The notes below the pieces were generated by a model. It worked only from the letters and a program-made list of their open reading frames with translations. It was not told the origin of the DNA and searched no databases. From IMG/VR virus record IMGVR_UViG_3300038393_001048, positions 1 to 52,875 of that record: 52,875 nt of DNA. The stretch is one strand, 5' to 3'. Position 1 is the first letter of the stretch. Each line of letters begins with the position of its first letter. Shown here one piece after another: positions 45,402 through 52,875 of the stretch. The stretch is from a virus. Lineage: Duplodnaviria > Caudoviricetes. The position numbers and the translations under genes were made by a program.

Positions 45402-47343
45402 GATCGATTCTCCCGGTAAGGGCGAGGCTCCTGTAAGCCATCGCCTTGTCGAGGAAGGCAACACGAAGCACGTCAATCTTGCATCCGCCCATCTTCTCGA
45501 CGGAGTTCATTTCCATAGCGGCGATGTTGCTCTTGGACGTCTCGTCCCACTTGAGGGGCACGAACGTGTGGAGGGGCTCGGCACCGATGAGCACGCCAGC
45601 GGCGTGCGTGCCGATGTGCTTCTTCACACCTTCCAGGCGGATCGCTTGGGCGAAGCGGGCCCCATACTCGCCACTGATGGACTTGATCCTGCCGTCGTCG
45701 TCAAACTCGGCACGGGCCCAGTCGGACAGGTCGTCAGCCAACACGTCGAGCGAGTAGGCGATGATGGAGGGTTCCCCACCCGCCTTCCTCATCTCTTCGA
45801 GTTCTTCGGAGATGCGGGCCTTGTCGGGCAACGTCTTGGTGATCCGCTTGATCAGTTCGTGGTCTTCCTCGTGTGCCCGCATCACTTCGGTGAGGGCGGA
45901 ACGCCCCTGCATGCTATTGAAGGTGGCAATCTTGGCGACGTAATCCTCACCGTACATGGTGCCAAGGTATGCAAAGATCTCGTCAGCCTTCTCCTTCGGA
46001 ATGTCGCTGTCGATGTCAGGGAGGCTGGCGACACCGTTGGAGACACGACCCTCATTGTAGAAACGTTCGAAGATCAATCCATACTTGATCGGGTCCACTC
46101 CCGTGATCCCGGTCAACCAGGAGATGATGCAGCCCGCACCCGATCCACGACCGGGCCCGAGAATCCACCCCTTCCGCCTCCCATAATTCATGAAGTCCTG
46201 GACGATAAGGAAGTAGGCCGAAAGACCCACCCCCTTGATCACGTCCAATTCCATCTTGAGACGTTGCTCGTAGACCTCGATGGGCTCTGAGAGCAACCTT
46301 CCCTGCACCTTATCCCTCCACCCCTGATCGCACAACTCTTTCAGGTAGGTGTCAGCATTCATGCCATCGGGGCAGGGAAAGTGAGGAAGCATCGGAGAGT
46401 GGAGGATGTCATAGTCCTCGCACATGTCGGCGATCCTGACCGACTGCTCCAACTCCTCCTTGGGGTGGTTCTCCAGCAACTCCTCTTCCGAAGGAAGGTA
46501 GAAGGCGGAACTTCTGAAGAAGTTCCCCATCGTGAGGTCGGGCTGAAGGAAGGCTTTCCCCCTGTTGAGGGCGGCGTTCAAGGTGGTCTTCATATGCGAA
46601 CAGAGGACCACCCTCTGGTCGTCCGCATCCATCGATTCCGGATAGTGGACGTCGGGCGTGGCAACGCAGGGGATGCCGAATCGCTTCGCGATCACCCTCA
46701 TCGTGATGGCGACCGCCTTCGAAGCGGGTATCACGTCGGGGTCAACAACCTGCGTCTGGATGAAGAAGTTCTCCTTGCCGAAGATCGAGATGTATTGTTC
46801 GACGATCGCCGAGAGTCGCTTGGACCAGTCGGGGTGGACCAACTTCCTGACCTCGTCGAGCGAGGCCGACTGGTAGGCGACCTTGGGGTCGACGAAGAGG
46901 GCATTGGCCAGGTCCGACCCCATGTGACCGCTCATCGCGATCAGGTTGTGGCCTACTGTGAAATCGGCGAGCGATTCCAGGCTGAGGCGTGGCCCCTGAT
47001 ACGAGTGCTCCCTGTTGCTTGAGCGGCTGACGGCCCCGATCAACTGCTTCCAGCCCGCCAAATTCTTGGCGAGCAGCACGACGTGCGAGTAGGGGCGACC
47101 GTTGTCCGACGTCTTGATGGTCGGATCATCCCTGCATAGGTTGAACTCGCAACCAAGAAGGGGCTTCAGCTTCGCCGCCCTCATCGCAGAGACGAACTCA
47201 ACGGCCGCTCCCAAGTTCCCGTGATCGGTCATGGCGACTGCCGAATAGCCAAAGTTCGCAGCCCGCTTGGCGAGAGCGTCTGGCTTGGCAATCGCGTCGA
47301 GCAAGCTGTAGTGCGTGTGGTTGACTAGCGGACAGAACGCCAT
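45388..47343 (-). CDS. dnaE: DNA polymerase III alpha, N-terminal part (PHP + palm)
   Basis: HTHYSLLD, MTDHGN, DVHY (PHP); GPGRGSGAG, FERF, LPDIDSD, GTHAAGV and KIDVL palm motifs. AGGAGG RBS. Confidence 0.95.
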   Translation of the reverse strand: MAFCPLVNHTHYSLLDAIAKPDALAKRAANFGYSAVAMTDHGNLGAAVEFVSAMRAAKLKPLLGCEFNLCRDDPTIKTSDNGRPYSHVVLLAKNLAGWKQLIGAVSRSSNREHSYQGPRLSLESLADFTVGHNLIAMSGHMGSDLANALFVDPKVAYQSASLDEVRKLVHPDWSKRLSAIVEQYISIFGKENFFIQTQVVDPDVIPASKAVAITMRVIAKRFGIPCVATPDVHYPESMDADDQRVVLCSHMKTTLNAALNRGKAFLQPDLTMGNFFRSSAFYLPSEEELLENHPKEELEQSVRIADMCEDYDILHSPMLPHFPCPDGMNADTYLKELCDQGWRDKVQGRLLSEPIEVYEQRLKMELDVIKGVGLSAYFLIVQDFMNYGRRKGWILGPGRGSGAGCIISWLTGITGVDPIKYGLIFERFYNEGRVSNGVASLPDIDSDIPKEKADEIFAYLGTMYGEDYVAKIATFNSMQGRSALTEVMRAHEEDHELIKRITKTLPDKARISEELEEMRKAGGEPSIIAYSLDVLADDLSDWARAEFDDDGRIKSISGEYGARFAQAIRLEGVKKHIGTHAAGVLIGAEPLHTFVPLKWDETSKSNIAAMEMNSVEKMGGCKIDVLRVAFLDKAMAYRSLALTGRIDHDAA

Positions 47344-47351
47344 TTTATCCT

Positions 47352-47388
47352 CCTACCTATAGTATAGGACATGAATCGGGAACGACAA
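47352..47388 (-). promoter_or_regulatory. Sigma70-like promoter with conserved phage motif, copy 2
   Basis: Minus strand TTGTCG-16 nt-TATACT; CATGTCCTATACTATAGGTAGG runs into the dnaE-N RBS. Confidence 0.7.
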
Positions 47389-47390
47389 CT

Positions 47391-47804
47391 TTATCTGTTG
47401 TCCCCGCTCCCCTTGAGCACGCCGCGACCCTGGCGATCGTGAAGTTTCCTCACGTTGATGACGGCGATCTCTCCGAGGTCGAAACCGATCTGGGTGGAAA
47501 GTTCTGCGAGATACCAGGCCACATCGCTCAGTTCCTTCGCGATAGCCTGCCTCTTCTCCTCGCTCATCACGCCGCCGTCGTCCCGCATGATCTTCTTGAC
47601 CTTCTCGGCGACCTCACCGGCTTCGCCGCAAAGGCCGAGGGCGACGTACTGGAGGCCCGCATCCGTGCCCCTCCCCGGATAAACGGCGGTTTTCGCCGAG
47701 TCCTGCTGGTATTGGTTGAGAGTGTAACTCTCAGAGTTCCTTTGGAGCCTTTCGTCCACCACCGTCTCCGTATTCGTTGTATGCACCTGTGCGTCCAAAC
47801 TCAT
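47391..47804 (-). CDS. mazG: MazG-like nucleoside triphosphate pyrophosphohydrolase (start uncertain)
   Basis: LGLCGEAGEVAEKVKK, KELSDVAWY, N..KL.DR..RG...GSGDNR. Confidence 0.9.
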   Translation of the reverse strand: MSLDAQVHTTNTETVVDERLQRNSESYTLNQYQQDSAKTAVYPGRGTDAGLQYVALGLCGEAGEVAEKVKKIMRDDGGVMSEEKRQAIAKELSDVAWYLAELSTQIGFDLGEIAVINVRKLHDRQGRGVLKGSGDNR

Positions 47805-48750
47805 GGGTTGTTGCCTCGATTCCTTTGGTGCGAACCTGGTCCGCGAAGAATTGACAGACCGTCTTCGACGGGTCCTGTGTTGACATGGTTTTGCCGAAGT
47901 GGCAGAAGCCGGTACATTTTCGCCCCACGTTTAGGAAGGGCACCGTCGTATCGCGGATCTCGTTGAACTTCTTGCTCAGCATCTTCTCCGTGTAGGCGAG
48001 ATCCTCCTTGCAGAAACAGACCGAGTATGGACCACCATCATTGATGTAGTAGATGGTAATCCATATCTCTTCGGCATCAGGGTAGAGGCGGCAAGCCGCA
48101 TAGTGGTATAAGCATAGTTGTGGGTCATGACATATATCCTCATATGTCTTCTTCTCCCACCCCTCCTTGGACCAATCCTTTCTCTGCCCCGTCTTCCAGT
48201 CGATGATCTCGACGATGCCCTGCCCGTACTTATTCCTGGTGATGAGGTCGATGGTCCCCTTAATGCCAAGCTGGCCGACGAGTCTCGTCCCGTCGTCCAA
48301 CGTATAGTCATAATGGGCCCACGGCTCATCGATCTCGAAGTTGAACCGCTGTTCCTGAGCGATGATGTCGAGGTTGCGAGGGTCGTATCGCCCATCATTG
48401 AAGGTGATGGCCTTGTTGGTCCACTTGAGGCAGTCATCTAGATCCTTCTTCTCCCATTCGATATGGGGCGAGTCCGGCGTGTAGAAGTCCCAGGCCGCTT
48501 GCGTGGCCCAGTCTGGAGTCACCTGATTGATGTCGACGAGGCCGAATGCTTCGTCGACATATGAGGTAGCCCCGCTAGCACGACACAAGCTCACCTGAGC
48601 CAAGACTTCCAGAGCCTTGTGAACGATGGTGCCCTTGTCGGCGGCTTTGCCCGAGGGAGGGCGGATGCCGAGCACATACTCAAGGTAATACTTATGGGGG
48701 CATATGGAGTGGGTCCCGTAAGAGGAACTCCGAACGAAGGTAATAATCAT
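47731..48750 (-). CDS. PD-(D/E)XK nuclease, Cas4/RecB/AddB-like with probable Fe-S cysteines
   Basis: CPHKYYL, GTIVHKALE, GTIDL, IIDWKTG, QLCLY, and C-terminal C...C.F...C. Confidence 0.85.
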   Translation of the reverse strand: MIITFVRSSSYGTHSICPHKYYLEYVLGIRPPSGKAADKGTIVHKALEVLAQVSLCRASGATSYVDEAFGLVDINQVTPDWATQAAWDFYTPDSPHIEWEKKDLDDCLKWTNKAITFNDGRYDPRNLDIIAQEQRFNFEIDEPWAHYDYTLDDGTRLVGQLGIKGTIDLITRNKYGQGIVEIIDWKTGQRKDWSKEGWEKKTYEDICHDPQLCLYHYAACRLYPDAEEIWITIYYINDGGPYSVCFCKEDLAYTEKMLSKKFNEIRDTTVPFLNVGRKCTGFCHFGKTMSTQDPSKTVCQFFADQVRTKGIEATTHEFGRTGAYNEYGDGGGRKAPKEL

Positions 48751-49607
48751 GCAGCAGCTTTCTCAGCGTATTGGACGAAGTCCTTGAAGGAAAGGGGGCC
48801 AGCGTACCACTGGTTGTCCATGAGGAACTTGAGGATTCGCAGACATGTACCGTTTATCCCGATGTCCTCATTGTAGATGACGTGATCGAAGTTCGACCAG
48901 TCGTAGCGATCGATATCGAGAGCCGTCTCGCTCGCGTGGGCATCCCCAGGAAAGATGTTGCGGGTGAGGCGAATGACCTTGCCGCCCTCGGCCTTGGCCA
49001 CATCGACCTCATTGGGGAACCGACAATCGGTGATGACGGCAAACTCACAGCCATCCTTGCGGATGGCACGAATGCAGGCGTCGGCCCACACGTTGTGGTA
49101 AGCCTTGCGGAAGACCTCGGTGCCCCAGTATTGGAGCACTTCGCGGACGGACATGGGCCCCGTCAGGGGATTCACCACGTCTCCGTCGTGGAAGCGGATA
49201 GGTGCTACTTGCGTAGGGGTGATCGGTAGCTCCATCTCCGCTTCGAAGTTGATCTCAGGGAGCTTCCCCTTGAATTGAATGCCGTCAGTGTGGATTAGAA
49301 ATTCTGGTGGCTCAGCGACCGCAAGCTTGAAGTTCCCATTGGGGATACCTGTGAAGACCGAGCCGTTAGAACGCTTATAGGATGGTACGGGGAAATTCTC
49401 CCAGAGAAGGTGGGGCACTAGCTCGTTCTTATCGGCATCGGTCCCATAGACCTTCTCTTCGGGACACCCAAGGATGTCGATGCACATCCGCTTGAGCGGA
49501 TCGGCAAAGTAGAAGTGGCGGGCCTCCGGAATCAACTGCTTGATGAACTTGAAGCAAGTGTCTTTGCCACTTTGCTTCCTCCCCGATATTGCAAGGATCT
49601 TCTGCAT
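48747..49607 (-). CDS. Deoxynucleoside monophosphate kinase (T4 gp1-like)
   Basis: ISGRKQSGKDT, FADPLK, REVLQYWGTEVFR, ITDCRFPNE, HASE. Confidence 0.9.
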   Translation of the reverse strand: MQKILAISGRKQSGKDTCFKFIKQLIPEARHFYFADPLKRMCIDILGCPEEKVYGTDADKNELVPHLLWENFPVPSYKRSNGSVFTGIPNGNFKLAVAEPPEFLIHTDGIQFKGKLPEINFEAEMELPITPTQVAPIRFHDGDVVNPLTGPMSVREVLQYWGTEVFRKAYHNVWADACIRAIRKDGCEFAVITDCRFPNEVDVAKAEGGKVIRLTRNIFPGDAHASETALDIDRYDWSNFDHVIYNEDIGINGTCLRILKFLMDNQWYAGPLSFKDFVQYAEKAAA

Positions 49608-49609
49608 CG

Positions 49610-50794
49610 TTACCTCAATGACTTGGCTTCGACGAGTGGTAAAATGAGTTCACGAACTTGATCTACGGTCATCTCCCCCACATCCTTGGTGGGCGGCTCG
49701 ACGACCTGGAAGGAGCCGTAGCGAGTCAAGACGGCCCTCGCCTGCTCCGCGAAAGCCGCCCCACCCTGGTCCTGATCGCGAACCAGGATGAAGTGAAGGG
49801 CACGGCTGCACTGGATCTCAATCCGTTGAGCATCGGTGATCTTGTTGCCGAACGTCGCCACGGCGATGTTGATCCCGGCCTCTTCGAGTCGCCAGACGTC
49901 GCCTGGACCCTCGACCAGGACCATGCAGCGGGACTTACTGATGGGACCGCGAGACCTCCAGAAGTTGTAGAAGTGGTTCTTGTCGGTGAAACCGTCAGAG
50001 CATCTCCATTTGCAAGCCTGGAGATAGTCTCCTTTGGAGACGGGGCAGGGAAGCGTGGGTTCGTGGTAGTAGTCGCACTTGGGACACTGGGGGGCCGTCG
50101 TGCGGCCGATCGTCCCGACGACCATGTGGTAGTCGCGATCGTATACGGGGACTATCACACGTCCATACATGGGGCTTCGTCGGTTGGTGCAAAGGCCGAC
50201 ATCGAAGAGGTCTAGGATGTCGGGAGAGTAGCCACGACCGACGTAGTAGTCGGCTGGCATCTTGAGGTAAGAGCGTAGCTCATCCCTCGTGCAGAGGCCG
50301 ACCTTCTTGGCCTTGTCCCTCTTCTTGAAGAACTTGGCATCGGCGACGAAGCGGTGGCGGGCGATCTTGACGGGGTCGGGCTTGGCCTCCTCGATCTTGA
50401 TGCCGAGGAAGTCGAGGACGTACTGGACGGCTTCGCGGTGGGAGACGATATCATCCCCCTTCTGCGACCAGCCGTACTTCTGATGGGAGAGGACCCCACG
50501 GACGAAACCGATGGGGCTCCGATGGTAGAAGACCTCCTCACACTCGCCGCTGCGACACTTCCAGTTCCCCTTGGCGGAATCGCCATCAGGAAAGATGTTG
50601 AAGCCGTTAGCACTCGTCCCACCGTGGATGGGACAAGTACCAACGAACATTTTGCCCGACCTCCTCAGGTCGACTTCTAGGGCGTCGAAGAGATCCTCGA
50701 AGCCTCGGTTAGCGAGCCGATTTCCGAGTTCTCTTAGGACGTCGCTGTTCTGGTACAACTCGAAATTCGTCTTCGGCGAAGGTGTGTTCGGCAT
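49610..50794 (-). CDS. dnaG: DNA primase (DnaG-type)
   Basis: CPIH...WKC.S..C Zn finger, RVIVPV...GR, VLVEGPGDV and DQDQGG TOPRIM. GAGGA lies upstream of ATG 50794. Confidence 0.88.
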   Translation of the reverse strand: MPNTPSPKTNFELYQNSDVLRELGNRLANRGFEDLFDALEVDLRRSGKMFVGTCPIHGGTSANGFNIFPDGDSAKGNWKCRSGECEEVFYHRSPIGFVRGVLSHQKYGWSQKGDDIVSHREAVQYVLDFLGIKIEEAKPDPVKIARHRFVADAKFFKKRDKAKKVGLCTRDELRSYLKMPADYYVGRGYSPDILDLFDVGLCTNRRSPMYGRVIVPVYDRDYHMVVGTIGRTTAPQCPKCDYYHEPTLPCPVSKGDYLQACKWRCSDGFTDKNHFYNFWRSRGPISKSRCMVLVEGPGDVWRLEEAGINIAVATFGNKITDAQRIEIQCSRALHFILVRDQDQGGAAFAEQARAVLTRYGSFQVVEPPTKDVGEMTVDQVRELILPLVEAKSLR

Positions 50795-52193
50795 CGGTAT
50801 CGTCCTCGACAATCATGCCCTGCTTAGCCACTTGTCGCTCTCGCTCCAGTTCGAAGCGAGTCTTCCCCTCAACCATCCGTGCGGTCGCCCCGTCGAAGTG
50901 AATGTTGATGTGGTCGCCATCGATGGACCCACCACCATTACGGGAAGCCTCGACGACGAGCTTTAGGCAGTTCATGTCGCCCTCTCCCTCTACCTTCCTG
51001 GCGAGGGTGGAATACGAGGAGCAGAACCAGGTGATGCGGTCGGAGGCGGCGATGCCCCCTTCCCGATTCAACTGGACCATGCTCAGTACGGGAATATCAC
51101 AGCGGCTCGCCATCGCGTGCATGGCGATCATGTTGTAGCCGAGCTTCTCATACTCGGCGAACTTCCCCGACGACTCCTCATCCATCATCTTGAGGTAGTC
51201 GTGGACAACGAGACAGTCTTTCCGCTTGCCGGAATCATCAACGCCGACCGTCTTGATTGACCATCGTCGCATCGCGGCGACCTGCTCCTCGAAGCTCCGT
51301 CCCACCACGCAGTGGTAGGTGTAGGGGATCGATTCGAGGACATCCATCGCTCGGCGGCAATCGTCGGCCTGGCTGCTCGTAAGCTTGCCCTTAGAGATCT
51401 GCAAGGAGTTGATGTTCGTCATGTGGGCCAAGATGCGGGCAAGGTGCTGCTCCCGATTCATCTCGGTGTCGATGTTGAGGACCGGGATACCCAGTTCCTT
51501 AGCAACGTGAAGGCATACGTTGTCGCACCAGATTGTCTTGCCCGTCTTGCGGCGGGCACCCACGATGGCGATCTCACCCCGCCGATAGCCGCCACCGATC
51601 AACTCGTTGTAGCGGGGGAAGGGGCTAGGTATACCAATACTCTCGCGTGGGTTCGCGATCAGGTCTTCAAGCCACTCCCGCCCTCCGAGGGCGATGTGGG
51701 TGGGTCCCTGCTCCACCCCATCATTGATCTTGGTCGTGAACTCGAAGATCGGATTCTCGACGATGCCGACGATCTCGTTGAGCGACTCGTCGCCCGTGAC
51801 CCGCTCCAGGCGGCGACGGGCCTCAACCAACTTCCTGTCAAGCTCCTTGGTGATCGATAGCTTGAATATCTTCTCGGCTTGGGTGCGGACGGTCGGCAAC
51901 GCTATGTCGAGATCGAGGACCGTCTGAAAGTATCGCTTCTCATCAATGTCATCGAGGAACCCGGCGAACCCCAGCTTGTTAGCCGTGGAGAGGAGCGAGG
52001 GAACGTCCAACTTCTTCTGATGGCTGTCCGCAAAGAACTCTTGAGCACATCTGTACAACTTCTGATTGGTTAGGTCAGTGAAGTGTTCGGCATCAATAAG
52101 GTCATCGCAATCGATGAAAGCGTCCCCGCCGTACTCGAAGATACCGGCAAGAACCGCTCGCTCTGCTGCCACATCTTCGAATACCTGTCCCAT
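50709..52193 (-). CDS. dnaB: Replicative DNA helicase (DnaB family)
   Basis: AERAVLAG N-terminus, GARRKTGKT Walker A, DTEM, DYLK, QLNR. Confidence 0.92.
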   Translation of the reverse strand: MGQVFEDVAAERAVLAGIFEYGGDAFIDCDDLIDAEHFTDLTNQKLYRCAQEFFADSHQKKLDVPSLLSTANKLGFAGFLDDIDEKRYFQTVLDLDIALPTVRTQAEKIFKLSITKELDRKLVEARRRLERVTGDESLNEIVGIVENPIFEFTTKINDGVEQGPTHIALGGREWLEDLIANPRESIGIPSPFPRYNELIGGGYRRGEIAIVGARRKTGKTIWCDNVCLHVAKELGIPVLNIDTEMNREQHLARILAHMTNINSLQISKGKLTSSQADDCRRAMDVLESIPYTYHCVVGRSFEEQVAAMRRWSIKTVGVDDSGKRKDCLVVHDYLKMMDEESSGKFAEYEKLGYNMIAMHAMASRCDIPVLSMVQLNREGGIAASDRITWFCSSYSTLARKVEGEGDMNCLKLVVEASRNGGGSIDGDHINIHFDGATARMVEGKTRFELERERQVAKQGMIVEDDTDAEHTFAEDEFRVVPEQRRPKRTRKSAR

Positions 52194-52874
52194 TTACCTT
52201 CTTCCCCGCTTGACACATCTGTCGCATATGTAGACGATGTAGGGGCGACCATTATCTTCATGAGTCTGTGTTAGCTCACTCGGATAGACGTCGAAGGGGC
52301 GACCACACCCATCGCAGTTGATGTGGGTCTTCTGAGCCGGTGGTCGCATTGCCCCTCTCTGCCCCGGTCTTGGGGTCACGGGAGAGTTGGCGATAGCCTT
52401 CTCCATCTTCTTCTCGCGGGCCGACAGCTTGTCGGCACCCTGTCCCCCGTCATGCATCCAATCATCAAAGAGGTTGATGTGGTGACGACCCGCCATCGAG
52501 ACCTTGCGGGCCTCGACCCGATCCGTCCCGCCACGGTTGCCGAAGCCGCCCGGCCGCATAGTGGTCGCTTGCCAGGACGAATCGTCCCCATACCCCCTAG
52601 ATTGCCCAGCCGTAGGGGCATTGTAGTTGAAGTCGCCGGGCAGGACGAGCGAGGACGCTCGGGAATGGCTCTGGCGGCTCGCAGGAGGCACGAAGACGTC
52701 GTTGAGGTCATCTGGACCCTCCGTCTCTGGGAAGTCGTCCTCGGGCACGCTGGGTGCCTTCTTGGGCGTGGCCTTCTTCTTGGGTGGCGTAGCCACCTTC
52801 TTCTTGGGCGGTGCCGCCTTCTTCTTGGGGGCCTTGGCCCCCTCTATCTTCGCCGCGTAGAGCTTCGCCGCTTC
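52194..52874 (-). CDS. Hypothetical protein with PKKK repeats and C-terminal Zn-ribbon, 5'-truncated by the window edge
   Basis: Frame is open to the window end (...AKAPKKKAAPPKKKVATPPKKKATPKKAP...). C-terminal CDGC...CDRC. Ends adjacent to the dnaB start. Confidence 0.65.
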   Translation of the reverse strand, partial: EAAKLYAAKIEGAKAPKKKAAPPKKKVATPPKKKATPKKAPSVPEDDFPETEGPDDLNDVFVPPASRQSHSRASSLVLPGDFNYNAPTAGQSRGYGDDSSWQATTMRPGGFGNRGGTDRVEARKVSMAGRHHINLFDDWMHDGGQGADKLSAREKKMEKAIANSPVTPRPGQRGAMRPPAQKTHINCDGCGRPFDVYPSELTQTHEDNGRPYIVYICDRCVKRGRR

Positions 52875-52875
52875 G

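Noticed and set aside
42600-45480. Split intein or self-splicing intron joining the dnaE halves
   Set aside because: No intein terminal motifs are present, and the interval is filled with intact genes, leaving no room for a ribozyme core.
47731-48750. CRISPR-Cas locus
   Set aside because: Only a Cas4-like nuclease is present; no repeat-spacer array or other cas genes were seen.
3-52874. Active stop-codon reassignment
   Set aside because: Standard-code ORFs already tile the window with intact domains and no readthrough is needed. Only TAG avoidance is supported.

Overview
This window is a piece of a large tailed dsDNA phage (Caudoviricetes) genome, GC-rich and almost fully coding, with two convergent blocks meeting at a bidirectional terminator near 28.05 kb. 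The + strand (1-28047) is a virion module: a fibre with tandem tip paralogs, a beta-helix protein, a BppU-like protein, putative neck proteins, a tail tube, chaperone-like genes, a 3111-aa tape measure protein and tail-tip proteins. No sheath gene is visible, so the tail is probably long and non-contractile. The - strand (28088-52875) holds DnaB, DnaG, a dNMP kinase, a Cas4/RecB-like nuclease, MazG and SSB. It also holds a DNA polymerase III alpha split into two intein-free genes around four intervening genes (UDG, an apparent degenerate major-capsid paralog, two DEDDh exonucleases), a ~10 kb glycosylation cluster with an HNH-AP2 endonuclease inserted, and a Rad52/Sak-like annealing protein. 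The most notable signals are the capsid-like gene inside the split polymerase operon, the glycan cluster that shares a 22-bp promoter motif with dnaE, the ATGA-coupled fibre-tip array, and structured leaders on tail genes. No tRNA, rRNA, CRISPR array or integrase was seen. All functional calls come from reading motifs and gene context by eye; no database search was run.
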